Positions 51,166-62,226 are shown, numbered from the stretch's first letter. The stretch: 64,000 nt of DNA from an uncultured Nitrososphaerota archaeon (GCA_963799845.1 CAWCYI010000004.1:192001-256000); one strand, 5' to 3'. Numbers and translations: made by a program. Notes: generated by a model from the letters alone, not told the origin.

Positions 51166-52131
51166 ATGGATTTTTTCAAAAGACGCCTAATAATTTCCAT
51201 CCTGGTCTTCTTCGTAGCTCTGAACCTTGATTTCTTTTTGCCAAGACTGGTTCCTGGCAACGCCGCGCAGATTTTTGCATCTGGAACAAAACTTCCCGCA
51301 AAGGAGGTATTGCTCCTGGATCAGAGGTTCGGCCTTAACCAGCCTCTCTACATCCAATACTATCTCTACTTCAAGGGAATCTTCTCTTGGCCGCCCTACT
51401 TCGGGGTGTCGTTCAACTACTACCCCACCACAGTGACAAGCCTAATTTTGGGGAGGCTCCCTTGGACGATACTTCTCGTGGTTACCAGTTTTTTCTTGTC
51501 GTTTGAGATTCACTACATTCTAGCCGCAATTAGTTCGCTGCGTAGGGGAGGAAAATTCGAATTCGCATCATTATATGGTTCGATATTATTCTGGTCCACG
51601 CCAGCTTTTTGGATAGGCATGATTCTAATCTGGGTTTTCTCCATAACGCTCGGATGGCTGCCCGTCTTCGGAAACTCGGCTTTCAATCCAGGGTCAGGGC
51701 TGTCGTACATTGGATCAGTTGCCGTTCATGCAATCCTGCCGATTCTCACTCTCACCGCGGTAGTTTTCGGGCAAAACTACTTTGTATTGCGGGGGGCGGC
51801 TCAAGAAGCGCTGAAAAGCGACTATGTTCTCACAGCAAAATCCCGAGGCCTCAAAGATAGAACAATCGCATTTGGATACGTGCTTAGGAATTCCCTTCTC
51901 CCCGTGGTCTCCCTACTGGGATACTCGCTTGCCAGCCTCATCAGTGCGGTGGTGTTGGTTGAATCTGTATTCGGATATTCCGGAATAGGCGATCTGATTG
52001 TAGACGGCATATTCAACAGGGATTACCCAGTTCTTGAAGGGACATTCTTCTACATGACGCTGATAGTAATTATTGGAGGCCTGATTGGAGATTTTATCCT
52101 TCTAAGACTTGATCCGAGGCTCACGAGGTAA
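51166..52131 (+). CDS. ABC peptide transporter permease (DppB family)
   Basis: RFGLNQPLYIQY, TAKSRGL, VESVFGYSGIG and RDYPV. Confidence 0.9.
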   Translation: MDFFKRRLIISILVFFVALNLDFFLPRLVPGNAAQIFASGTKLPAKEVLLLDQRFGLNQPLYIQYYLYFKGIFSWPPYFGVSFNYYPTTVTSLILGRLPWTILLVVTSFFLSFEIHYILAAISSLRRGGKFEFASLYGSILFWSTPAFWIGMILIWVFSITLGWLPVFGNSAFNPGSGLSYIGSVAVHAILPILTLTAVVFGQNYFVLRGAAQEALKSDYVLTAKSRGLKDRTIAFGYVLRNSLLPVVSLLGYSLASLISAVVLVESVFGYSGIGDLIVDGIFNRDYPVLEGTFFYMTLIVIIGGLIGDFILLRLDPRLTR

Positions 52132-52140
52132 TATCGTGCT

Positions 52141-53007
52141 TTGATTGAGTCTTCGACTGTGGAAAAAAAGAGTAGAACTAATTTTCTTTCTTCTTCCCGG
52201 TTGCTTCGGACTAAAAGCTCGAGAGTCGGCGTGTCAATTATCCTGGCCTTCGTCATTCTCATCATCATTGGACCTTTTCTGACCCCTTACGCCCCGACCC
52301 AAACAAGCTCCAGCAAGAATTCGCCTCCGAGTTTCGCCCATCCGTTTGGGACGGACTATCTCGGCCACGATGTATTGAGCCAAGTGATATACGGTGCGTA
52401 TCCTTCGATGATAATCGGCGTACTGGGGGCGACGGGATCAGTCCTTGTCGGTCTCACAGTTGGCGTCATGGCGGGCTACTTTCGAAAGCTGGAAGGAGTA
52501 CTCACTGGTACCGCTGATGTGGTCTTGACTTTTCCACCTCTTCCTCTAATGATACTACTCGGCTCCTTGTATCCTGCAACAACATCTCTGATCATTCTCA
52601 TCTTGATTATCGTGTTGTGGCCGGTTTCCGCTCGCTCGATCCGTTCCCAAGTACTTTCCATAAAGGAAAGGCCCTATGTCAGATCTGCAAAAACTAGTGG
52701 GATGGGCGATCTCGAAATAGTTCGACGCGTGATAATTCCGGAAGTCGCTTCGCTCGCGATTGCCTACTTCGTGTTGACAGTCGCGGCAGCAATAGTGCTT
52801 GTCACAGCTCTCCAGTTTTTGGGAGTTGGGAATCCGGATGTCGTGAGTTGGGGGAGCATACTCTATTGGGCACAGCAGTTTGCGTTCTATAATGGTGATT
52901 GGTGGTGGATACTAGCTCCCGGCCTATCGATCACTCTGGTTGCGACGGCGTTCGCCCTTGTTGGTTTTTCGGTCGAAGAAATCATGAATCCAAGGCTGAG
53001 GACATAA
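52141..53007 (+). CDS. ABC peptide transporter permease (DppC family)
   Basis: HPFGTDYLGHD, YVRSAKTSG and WWWILAPG. Confidence 0.9.
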   Translation: MIESSTVEKKSRTNFLSSSRLLRTKSSRVGVSIILAFVILIIIGPFLTPYAPTQTSSSKNSPPSFAHPFGTDYLGHDVLSQVIYGAYPSMIIGVLGATGSVLVGLTVGVMAGYFRKLEGVLTGTADVVLTFPPLPLMILLGSLYPATTSLIILILIIVLWPVSARSIRSQVLSIKERPYVRSAKTSGMGDLEIVRRVIIPEVASLAIAYFVLTVAAAIVLVTALQFLGVGNPDVVSWGSILYWAQQFAFYNGDWWWILAPGLSITLVATAFALVGFSVEEIMNPRLRT

Positions 53008-53010
53008 AAG

Positions 53011-53979
53011 ATGTCATCCCAGTTGCTCGACCTCTCGGGCGTTACGGTCGAATATACAGCAGGCACGAAGTTACTCAAGGCTGTTGATAACGCGTCTTTG
53101 ACAATTCCCTCGAAAGGATATAGTTTGGGAATCGTCGGGGAATCCGGAAGCGGTAAGACAACACTTGGACTGAGTATTTTGAACTTGATCGAGTTACCTG
53201 GGAGAATCTCTGGAGGGAGAATTGAATTCATGGGCAAGGATGTCTTGTCCATGAACAAAGATCAGCTCAGAAGATACAGATGGCAGGAGGTCTCAATGGT
53301 TTATCAATCTGCAATGAACGCCCTAAACCCAGTGAAGAATATCACTGACCACATTGTTGAAGTCTTGAAGGCACATACCGAGATTTCGAAATCTGAAGCT
53401 CGAATCGTCGCGATAAACTTGCTATCAGATGTAGGGATAAAGATGGAAAGAGCGGAAGCTTTCAGCCACGAGCTGAGTGGCGGAATGAGACAGAGAGCTG
53501 TAATCGCGATGGCACTTGCTCTCTCGCCGAAACTCCTCATCGCGGATGAACCAACTTCCGCTCTCGACGTCGTGGTCCAAAGGCAAATCATCGCCTTGCT
53601 AAAGAGGAAGGTAGATGAAAATGGACTTTCCCTAATCTTCATCACGCACGAAATCGCAATTTTAGGAGGACTGGTTGATCACGTCGCCGTAATGTTTGCG
53701 GGCGAGGTCGTCGAAAGCGGCCCGATGCAAAAGGTCCTTTTTGAACCGCTTCATCCTTACACACAGATGTTACTAAGCTCTCTGCTATCGCTCGATTCAA
53801 CGAAAAGCTCTCTCCGTGGATTTTCTGTAAAAGCGAGGGATTCAACGACAATACCTCAAACCGGTTGCAAGTACGCGAACAGGTGCAAATACGCGTTCGA
53901 CCGATGCAAAATCGAGCGACCGCAACTCAGGCAAACAGAACAGGGGAGGCTCGCGTCCTGTCACAAGTACGACAGCTAG
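53011..53979 (+). CDS. ABC peptide transporter ATPase (DppD family)
   Basis: GESGSGKT, LSGGMRQR, ADEPT, HPYT and C-terminal Cys cluster. Confidence 0.92.
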   Translation: MSSQLLDLSGVTVEYTAGTKLLKAVDNASLTIPSKGYSLGIVGESGSGKTTLGLSILNLIELPGRISGGRIEFMGKDVLSMNKDQLRRYRWQEVSMVYQSAMNALNPVKNITDHIVEVLKAHTEISKSEARIVAINLLSDVGIKMERAEAFSHELSGGMRQRAVIAMALALSPKLLIADEPTSALDVVVQRQIIALLKRKVDENGLSLIFITHEIAILGGLVDHVAVMFAGEVVESGPMQKVLFEPLHPYTQMLLSSLLSLDSTKSSLRGFSVKARDSTTIPQTGCKYANRCKYAFDRCKIERPQLRQTEQGRLASCHKYDS

Positions 53980-53987
53980 AAGAAACA

Positions 53988-55004
53988 ATGGCAGCGCAAG
54001 GTACAGGCACTTTGAAAGCTCTTGTCAGTATCAGGAGCCTTCGAGTTCAATTCACAAAGCTAACCGGCACCATATGGAAGAGAAAATCTGTTGTCAACGC
54101 GGTTGACAATGTCTCCTTCGATATCTATGAATCGGAGATACTGTCGGTCGTCGGTGAAAGCGGAAGCGGTAAGACCACCATTGCCAACTGCGTCATGGCT
54201 TTAATGACACCTAACTCTGGCTCAATAAGGTACAACGGAATAGAAGTCATAACTCTCCGAGGGAACAAATTGAAAGATTACAGGCGCGAAGTTCAGGTGA
54301 TTTATCAGGACCCCTTCGAATCACTGAATCCAAGATTAGACGTTTACTCCACTCTCTCGATTCCCATAGCTCGACTGACGAACGAGACTCACGAGGATAA
54401 GATCGTTGAAATAGTTAGGCGTCTTCTGTCTGAAGTTGGTCTGAATTCTGAAGAGACGATCCACAAGCTGCCGCACCAGCTCAGCGGTGGAGAGAGACAG
54501 AGGATTAACATAGCTAGAGCGCTCGCGCCAGGCCCGAAGCTCTTGATTGCGGACGAGCCTATAACGATGCTCGATGCTTCACAGAGGCTGAACATTCTTT
54601 CTTTACTGTTGGAGCTCAAGGAAAAGAGAAATCTGACGATTCTTCTCATAACTCATGATCTCGCTAGCGCCAAGCTCATGAGTGACAGGACCGCGGTCAT
54701 GTACTCAGGTAAACTCGTCGAAATCGGCCCTACCGAGTCTATCCTCTCGCGACCCCACCATCCTTATTCGGAACTCATACTCACTGCAACGCCCAAGTTG
54801 ACCGAGACCAAAGAAGTATTGGCGAGCACGCTCTCTGCAGTCTCTTACTCGTCAGGAATCGAGGAACGTCAGAGCATCCATAACGGTTGTGTTTTCCAAC
54901 CACGGTGCAAGTACGCAAAGGAAAAGTGTGTCAAGGAAGAGCCCCAATTAGAAGAAAAATCTAGTGCGCATTATGCTGCATGTCATTATCCCTTATCTGC
55001 GTGA
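53988..55004 (+). CDS. ABC peptide transporter ATPase (DppF family; start revised to ATG 53988)
   Basis: GESGSGKT, LSGGERQR, ADEP and HPYS. Confidence 0.92.
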   Translation: MAAQGTGTLKALVSIRSLRVQFTKLTGTIWKRKSVVNAVDNVSFDIYESEILSVVGESGSGKTTIANCVMALMTPNSGSIRYNGIEVITLRGNKLKDYRREVQVIYQDPFESLNPRLDVYSTLSIPIARLTNETHEDKIVEIVRRLLSEVGLNSEETIHKLPHQLSGGERQRINIARALAPGPKLLIADEPITMLDASQRLNILSLLLELKEKRNLTILLITHDLASAKLMSDRTAVMYSGKLVEIGPTESILSRPHHPYSELILTATPKLTETKEVLASTLSAVSYSSGIEERQSIHNGCVFQPRCKYAKEKCVKEEPQLEEKSSAHYAACHYPLSA

Positions 55005-55930
55005 CCACATTGATGAGCATCTAGTCAGCCTATTCCGAAAATACCATCCAAAATCTTGGACGAGGTCTTCATTCGAGGGATCATCCAGGATGAGATTATC
55101 TATTCGGTAACCTGGTGTGCACACAGTTTTTACTAGTAAATAGCAAGTGCGGGAGGTGGGAAATGAACTTTAGGTTCGAATCGGTAAACTAATGGGAATT
55201 TTCGGCAAACCCAGCCAACTCAACAAGACCTAAGTCTACGCTCCACAAATCACCCTGGTTCAAATCCATCCGACCCCAATTAGCCATAACTGTCGCTTAG
55301 ATGCCTTTACGTGCTTCCCGCTCGTGCTCTCTCTACTCCCCCAGCCCTCACAGCCAGAGGCACACAGATAGCCCCAGCCCCACACTGACACTAAGCACAC
55401 GCACACATTAGACTAATAGAATCGAGTGATCGGAAACTCTCTTTGTGAACCGGCTTTACACAGGTGAGAAATGTGAAAAACCTGTGCGTCTGGAAAGGGC
55501 AACTATCGTTCGAGAGTGACAAGCAATCGGTGAAGAGCTGGAATTAGGGCGTGCTAGAACGCATTGAATAAAGAGGTAGCCGGTTCCATTAGAATTGATG
55601 AATAACGGGAAAAATCCGGCAGAAATAGTAGCGTTCTCGCCAAACGTGTTTCCTGCGTTAGTCCCTGTGTAAAAAACCACAATCACAGAATAGTTTTGAT
55701 TTCAGGATGGTACGGTGTCCAACGCTTCAACCGTTGTGACCACATATTCGATTCCCACACAAACGAATTTGCTAGCAAAAACGTGTTACCGCGTCAGTGA
55801 ATTTGCAAATCAGAGTTAGAAACGGGATTCGCGCACGAAGTTACTAGTAAACCCAGATTCCAAACCCCTCCAACGAGAACTTCAGGGAAAGTTAATATTA
55901 TCAGAGAATTCTTTCGGCGATGAGAATACA

Positions 55931-56605
55931 ATGAATGGTGCTCACGACCTGGGTGGAATGCAGGGTTTGGGAAGGATTGAGGTCGAGCAAAAAGAGCCCG
56001 TCTTCCACAAAGACTGGGAGAAGGTCGTCTTCGTCATGCAATGGACGACGGGATTTCGAGGCCTGTACAATACCGACGAATTCCGCCACAGCATGGAACG
56101 GATGAACCCGGTTCACTATCTATCATCCAGGTACTACGAGCATTGGCTGTGCGGCATGGAGCTTTTACTCGTCGAAAAAGGAATCATAAGCAAGCAGGAG
56201 CTGGACGAGAGAACTTCAAAGTTCAAGAAGGGTCTGGGCACCATTCCCAGGAGAGAAGATCCCGATCTGACCCGGCAGGTCCTCCAAGTCATCAAGAATG
56301 GGGGCTCTTCACGTAGAGACGTACCGAGGGAACCCAAGTTCAAGGTGGGAGGAGCCGTAATGGTGAGGAACATCAACCCCACGGGGCATACACGTCTTCC
56401 CCGGTATCTGCGAGGGAAGGCTGGCACCATCGTACAGATTCACGGAGCTTTCGTCTTCCCTGATACGAACGCCCATGGACTGGGTGAGAATCCCCAGCAC
56501 GTTTACTCTGTTCGTTTCGACGGACGCGAGGTCTGGGGGGAAACCAGCGAGAGAGGAGAAGTGTTGTACGTGGATCTTTGGGAGAGCTACCTTGACTACC
56601 CGTGA
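55931..56605 (+). CDS. nthB: Nitrile hydratase beta subunit
   Basis: MNGAHDLGGMQG, YYEHW, GHTRLPRYLRGK and YVDLWESYL. Confidence 0.95.
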   Translation: MNGAHDLGGMQGLGRIEVEQKEPVFHKDWEKVVFVMQWTTGFRGLYNTDEFRHSMERMNPVHYLSSRYYEHWLCGMELLLVEKGIISKQELDERTSKFKKGLGTIPRREDPDLTRQVLQVIKNGGSSRRDVPREPKFKVGGAVMVRNINPTGHTRLPRYLRGKAGTIVQIHGAFVFPDTNAHGLGENPQHVYSVRFDGREVWGETSERGEVLYVDLWESYLDYP

Positions 56606-56612
56606 TTTGCCC

Positions 56613-57293
56613 ATGGAAAGTAGAGCCGAAAAATCAGCGAGTGCCGGACAAGAAAGCGGCTTGACCCAAGAGCAAGTGCCGCTTCCAGTTTCGGGTTCGT
56701 ATCCCGTCCCAGAGGCGGACATCGCTGCAAGGGTGCAAGCACTGGAGTCCATCCTTCTAGAGAAGGGTTTGCTTAGTGCGGATGCTATCGATAAAGTCGT
56801 AGAAGCCTACGAAAAGGACATCGGGCCGATGCTTGGGGCGAAGGCCGTAGCTCGTGCCTGGAAAGACTCTGAATTTAGGCGTCGGCTGTTGCAGAACGCA
56901 ACAGAGGCTTGCAAAGAGCTAGGCATTGGCGGTGCCGAAGGCCAACACCTCATGGCAATCGAAAACACTCCTAAGGTGCATAACGTGGTGGTGTGCACTC
57001 TCTGCTCTTGCTACCCCTGGACCGTGCTAGGCCTCCCTCCGAATTGGTACAAATATCCACAGTACCGTTCCCGCATCGTCATCGAACCTAGGAAGACACT
57101 GAAAGAGGACTTTGGATTGGCAATCGCCGACGATGTGGAGATTCATGTATGGGACAGCAGCGCCGAGATTCGCTACTTCGTCATCCCGGAGCGGCCGATA
57201 GGTACGGATGCAATGTCCGAAGAAGAGTTGGCAAAGCTCGTGAGCCGAGAATCCATGATCGGTGTCGCAAGGATAGATTCTTCAAAGGACTAA
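56613..57293 (+). CDS. nthA: Nitrile hydratase alpha subunit, cobalt-type (start revised to ATG 56613)
   Basis: VCTLCSCYPW metal site (Thr/Tyr variant, Co-type), GLPPNWYK and WDSSAEIRY. Confidence 0.95.
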   Translation: MESRAEKSASAGQESGLTQEQVPLPVSGSYPVPEADIAARVQALESILLEKGLLSADAIDKVVEAYEKDIGPMLGAKAVARAWKDSEFRRRLLQNATEACKELGIGGAEGQHLMAIENTPKVHNVVVCTLCSCYPWTVLGLPPNWYKYPQYRSRIVIEPRKTLKEDFGLAIADDVEIHVWDSSAEIRYFVIPERPIGTDAMSEEELAKLVSRESMIGVARIDSSKD

Positions 57294-57418
57294 AGTGTGA
57301 AGTTGTGACCGGCAAAGAATCGACTGCAGGAGACAAAAACAGTGGAATCTCGTTCGTTCTTCGAAACCTCTCGGATCTATAGCGAGAAATCTGAACCTTC
57401 ACAAGACTAGATCCGACC

Positions 57419-57783
57419 ATGAAAGTAATGTTTGGCGACATCTCGGGGCCAGCGAGCTATGCCTCGAAAGAATGGCGAGCTAGTATTTCAGACACCCTGG
57501 GAAAGTAGAGTTTTTGGCATCGCCGTTACGCTATCCGAGCAAGAGGTATTCGAATGGGAGGAGTTCCGTCAGAGTCTGATCACAGAGATCGGGGAATGGG
57601 ATAGGAAACACCTTCTTGACCCCAAAACTGAGTGGAACTACTATCTGCTCTGGACAAGGGCACTTGAGAAGATACTACTTTGAAAGGGGGTACTTCAGAG
57701 TGAGGAGATGATGAAAAAAGTTGCTCAGGTGGAAGCGAGCTGGAAACACGATGAAGGAACGAATCATCACCATTCTCACTGAC
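57419..57783 (+). CDS. Nitrile hydratase accessory/activator protein (two apparent frameshifts)
   Basis: PRKNGELVFQTPWESRVFG...YY..W..ALE; alternative frames give an N-terminal GPA and a His-rich C-terminus (HHHSH). Confidence 0.8.
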
Positions 57784-58194
57784 CATATTTCCAAATCGTG
57801 AAACGCAACTTGGTCATGGTCTGGGACACCTCGTGTCAATCAATTCTTGGATGATTGATCTCGATCTGATCTGTCCATTGGCATTTAATTATGCAAAATA
57901 CTACATCTTTAGATTCTCCGAGACAATTACTTTTGCAGATCACGCTCAAATCAGTGACAATTAATTATGCAATTTACATTTTTGTTATCCTGTAATCGTC
58001 TCTCTATATCACAGCTACAAATCGATTAGTAACCCTCGATTGCCAAAAAGGGCGAACGTGGACAACCGTGTTGAAGCGTGATTAAATATTCCATAGCATT
58101 AATACTCTAAATCGGAGATTGGACAATTGTTCAACTGGGAAATGAGAACTCGAACGCCCGTTCTGAACAACCCGAAGTAATCGAACTAGGCACT

Positions 58195-59009
58195 GTGGCC
58201 GCCGAGCGACACGGCGCTGGTGGCAGGCCGCTCATCTTCATTCCAAGCCTCGCCGCGGGGGCTTGGAGTTGGGAAGATATGGTAAAGCGCTTTGAAACCA
58301 GGCATGAGGTGTATGCTCTGAACCTCGCCGGGTTCTGCGGCCGCCCCCCTGTCGAACCGCCCATTTATGACAAGGTGGTGGCGGACATCATTCGTCTGAT
58401 TAAAGAGCAGAGGGTTCGGCAGCCCGTTCTTATCGGACACAGCCTTGGCGCACACATTGCTTACAGAGTCGCAATCGAGGCTTCCGACCTAACTGGTGGC
58501 GTGATCGCCCTCGACGGTCTTCCCGTGCTTGGACCTCTGGCAGACGCTGACCCTGCCGTCCGACGCGCCGCGGGGGAAAAGCTGGCCAACGAACTGGGAC
58601 GAGGTAAGAGCCAGCAGCAATTCATCGAGGCGCTCCCCGTGCTTTCTTTCGGGCCCGGATGAACGACCCCGCGAAGGCGGACGCTATGATGGAATTCTCC
58701 GGACGAAGCGACCCTAATGCGGTCGCGGACTACATTGTGGAGCTGCTTGAGGCCGATCTCCGCCCAGATCTAGGCAAGGCGCGGGTGCCGATTCTGGTAC
58801 TGGCCGGGACCGAATCATTCACGAAAGGTATGCCTGACAGCGAAAGGCGCTTACTCTTTCAGCGAATTCTCGCAAAGGCTCCACGGGCCTCTGTTGTTCT
58901 GATTCATGGCGCCCGCCATTTCGTCCAGATCAATCAACCGGAAGCCGTCGGAGCAGCGATCGAGACCTTTCTCGCAGACCTGGAGATGACGTTGTCCGAG
59001 GCGAAATGA
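58195..59009 (+). CDS. Alpha/beta hydrolase (frameshift at ~58640)
   Basis: GHSLG nucleophile elbow; GARHF catalytic His in the second ORF. Confidence 0.8.
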
Positions 59010-59203
59010 GAAATGGTATCGGTCACAACATGCCTCAAGAAGCCCCCAGGACTTCGCCAAAGCTGTCGTCGACGTTGATGGTTTTTGATCAGTGTCAACC
59101 TGAGGAGGCAAGACGGACGCTTCACCTACCCGCAATGGCTCACTATTTTCTCTACTCGGTTTTTATCAATTAGGGCGATAACAAACAGGAATAGAGCAGC
59201 TAT

Positions 59204-59830
59204 TCAAATTTGTTGGAAGCCCGTACTTCTGTGTCGGTACTGCTTTCCCTGATGTCCCTTGAACCGTTCTTCCTCCCAGATGTTGGCCCTTTCATTGTAT
59301 CCGTACATCTCCCAGTAACCGTCCTCGTACTCCGGTATGAACTGGATTTCATCCATCCATTTTGCACTCTTCCAGCCATAGAGGTGCGAGATGAAGGGAC
59401 GGGAGGGGTACCCCTGCTGCTGGGGAATCGGCTTTCCGTTCATTCCAAACGCGATCATAGAATCTTCGGACATCGCGTCCTCAAGTGGCACGGGCGCGGT
59501 GTATCCATCGGCGCAACGAAACATGACCCACTTTGCTTCTGGCTTGACTCCGGTACGCTTCGCAACTTCGGTGAATGGAACTCCGTCCCAGACTACATCC
59601 TTAATCGACCATCGGGTTACGCACTGGAAATCTTTCGTGAACCTTGTTTGAGGGAGCTTCTGCATCTCGTCAAAAGAGAGTTCAAGCGGTGTCTCAACCA
59701 GCCCGGAGGTTTTCAGATGCCAGTCCTCTGCCCTGATGACAGGCTCGCCGAGGGCAGAATAGATTATCCAACGATTGCCGTAATACTGATTTGGAGCTAA
59801 CCCGCTTTGGGATGACACAGATAATGACAA
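59204..59830 (-). CDS. Sulfite-oxidase-like molybdopterin oxidoreductase (YuiH type)
   Basis: DFQCVTRWS, GYPSR, LYGWKSAKW and GYWE.YGY. Confidence 0.88.
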   Translation of the reverse strand: MSLSVSSQSGLAPNQYYGNRWIIYSALGEPVIRAEDWHLKTSGLVETPLELSFDEMQKLPQTRFTKDFQCVTRWSIKDVVWDGVPFTEVAKRTGVKPEAKWVMFRCADGYTAPVPLEDAMSEDSMIAFGMNGKPIPQQQGYPSRPFISHLYGWKSAKWMDEIQFIPEYEDGYWEMYGYNERANIWEEERFKGHQGKQYRHRSTGFQQI

Positions 59831-60356
59831 CTATCGCCGAAAGATTGTACTGCTCACTTAAGTTTTCGGGAGAAATTTTCCGAAAGATTTTAGGCATTGG
59901 GGATCTTTCTTCGTGCCGGGAATAAACATGGTAGACGCCACATGTGCGTATTGCGGATCTGTGATCGAGCCGTACGGAGATCTGTCTAACTTTCAGGGGC
60001 CGGTGCCTTGCGTCGCCTGTCACAAGAGCACTTGGATGTCAATAAACAACGGCAAAATTGTCGAATCGCAAAAATGGCCGATCAATTAGTTTAGTCAGGC
60101 CCTGTTGTTATTTTCCACAGTTGTCACAACTTTTCCGTGGGCGTCACTCTCCAAGATACGTGAGCGCTTCGGGTTGGAGACATCTCAGTGTCAGGGACGC
60201 GAAGAATCTAATTCTTCACTCGCATCAGGAATAAATTCATTACAATCATAAGGGATAAATATTCGGCGTGACTCCGAGACCGAAGTCGGTTTCGCTGGAA
60301 GTGGAGATTAACCACGAAACCTAAGACAATAACCGGGACGATGGGCGGAGTTTGAC

Positions 60357-60812
60357 TTATTGGATGCCAGACATTTCATTGAGTTCCTTTAGCCGTCGAC
60401 TCTCAATTTTCCCCGCACCTGATACGAAAATACCTTGCTCGTCCCACGAGCATAATTCAGTCACTTCCGTACCGTCGCGAAAGACGAATATCCCACCGCG
60501 CAGTCGCGGATCAGACGCGCCTTGATTGTATGCCTGAAGCGCGTCCTTTAAGTCGGCCTTGTGCCTCGGAGGAATTTCCAATTCTAGCTCGAAGATACAG
60601 TAACGGCAAAAGAGGTGCTTAGGTAGGCGAAAGCCGAGTGTCTTACCAACGCACCTTGGGCATTCAAAGTTAACTTCACGCCTGCAAACTTCACAATAGA
60701 GTCGAAGCTCGATCCGACCTTCAAGAAATCTACTTTCCACATAGGATAAGAGAAAACCGCAGTGGGGGCAAAAACCCGTCGGAGGAGCAGAGATCAGGAT
60801 TCTTGCCTTCAA
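60357..60812 (-). CDS. Multi-Zn-ribbon hypothetical protein
   Basis: Four CxxC motifs. Confidence 0.55.
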   Translation of the reverse strand: MKARILISAPPTGFCPHCGFLLSYVESRFLEGRIELRLYCEVCRREVNFECPRCVGKTLGFRLPKHLFCRYCIFELELEIPPRHKADLKDALQAYNQGASDPRLRGGIFVFRDGTEVTELCSWDEQGIFVSGAGKIESRRLKELNEMSGIQ

Positions 60813-60956
60813 GACCTCTTCCAGCCTCGCCTGAGCCCACTCGAGTAAAGGCGGTGGCTGAACACTCGCGACAATGCTGCCGTCCGTTACACCAAGATAG
60901 GTGGGCGCACGCCCGAATACATTTCCTAGTGTTTCTAAGACGCCCTGGTACCCTTT

Positions 60957-61979
60957 TCACGGATCGTAAACTGCGGACACGAATCGCTGCCAGAGGTTTG
61001 GATTCCTAACCGGAAGAACAGCGGTCAAATACTCCGCGAGCATCTGAGGATCCATTTTGGCAGCATCCTCTAACTCGACTAATTTTTCTCGAGCGAGCGC
61101 GACGTATTGGTTGTAGCTGTTAGGATTCCTTTGCGGTTGGATTTCATCACCTTCGGAAGGAACTATTTCACTTTGACGGGTATTGCTCGCTCCTTTTCCC
61201 AGTTTGCGCCTCTCATCCGAACGTGTAAACGTGCCCGTGGTGACAGTCACGTTCTTGGCATCTGAGACCTTTGAAGCTCTGCCGCTGCAAATGTGCTCCA
61301 CTAGTCGAGGGAGCTCGTCTTTTGAACAACGAGAAAGAGCGAGCAGCTCTGTAAAAGAGTCTGCGATCGGCGTACCATACAGGGTGTCGGCATAAGGTCC
61401 GAGTGATGTTCCAATCCTGACCAGCTGCTCGACCCGGTCACTACTCTGGTTCGTTTCATTAGCGACATAAGCAGTAAATGGCTCGACCAAAACCGAATTA
61501 TTCGGGTTTGAAGCCCGGTTGCTACGTCTGTCGCCCCCTCGACCTGTCTCCGGATGTAATTGAAGGTACAACGCCTTCTGTTGCGTGCGTGCACATGCCT
61601 CTTCCAGAACGCAGGAGTAGCCGTTCCGGGCGATGTTCTCGTCCAATGTCATGAGATCAGCCTCGGCCTTACTAACGTCGCGAAGCACGACAGCATCGAT
61701 GTGTGTCCAGTTTAACTTTTTGGCGCCTAGGAGGCGCTGCTCACCCCACTTGATGTCGTATCGTCCAACTTCTTTTGCCGGCACCAAGCCAATAGGTTGT
61801 AGTTGGCCGTTTTGGCGCATGCTCTCAGCAAAAATGTCCACGTTCGCTTCGAGAATCCTTCGCCACTTCTCTGGTTGATTGATCAGATCGATAGGGATGG
61901 GCTCCACAGTTCGCGCATGTGCAAACTTATTCAATCGGCTCACAAACTCCTTTGGAGTACAATCGATTCCGGAGTACAT
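60957..61979 (-). CDS. ParB/Srx N-terminal-domain protein
   Basis: SMRQNGQLQPI...GEQRLLGAKKLNW...LDENIAR; HPETGRGGDRRS linker. Confidence 0.8.
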   Translation of the reverse strand: MYSGIDCTPKEFVSRLNKFAHARTVEPIPIDLINQPEKWRRILEANVDIFAESMRQNGQLQPIGLVPAKEVGRYDIKWGEQRLLGAKKLNWTHIDAVVLRDVSKAEADLMTLDENIARNGYSCVLEEACARTQQKALYLQLHPETGRGGDRRSNRASNPNNSVLVEPFTAYVANETNQSSDRVEQLVRIGTSLGPYADTLYGTPIADSFTELLALSRCSKDELPRLVEHICSGRASKVSDAKNVTVTTGTFTRSDERRKLGKGASNTRQSEIVPSEGDEIQPQRNPNSYNQYVALAREKLVELEDAAKMDPQMLAEYLTAVLPVRNPNLWQRFVSAVYDP

Positions 61980-62131
61980 AACCCCACGGAAAAAAGCGGG
62001 TATACAGGATAATAACCCAGGAGATTAGTTTGGTGTTGGTCGATCTTTTTCATCGTAAGGTAGAACAATTCGTCAACTAAGTTTGAAGCTTTCCTGAAAA
62101 CCCGGTTTGGAGATCATTTCTAATCTCCCGA

Positions 62132-62179
62132 GATTTGAGCGGATATGCGATCAATGATTTGAGCGGATATGCGATCAAT
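62132..62179 (+). repeat. Perfect 24-bp tandem duplication (GATTTGAGCGGATATGCGATCAAT x2)
   Basis: Read directly from the sequence. Confidence 0.9.
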
Positions 62180-62226
62180 GATAGCCAAAGAGGAGAAGGA
62201 TCTATTAGAGGAAGGTTCGATTCTCA

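Noticed and set aside
4317-59177. Recurrent TTAGGGC (telomere-like) heptamer, including just inside element ends
   Set aside because: Never tandem, and a 7-mer is expected several times by chance in 64 kb; enrichment cannot be established by eye.
59210-59800. 196-aa + strand ORF and other long antisense ORFs (e.g. 62574-63128, 56309-56752)
   Set aside because: They are shadows of well-supported genes on the opposite strand and carry no recognisable motifs.
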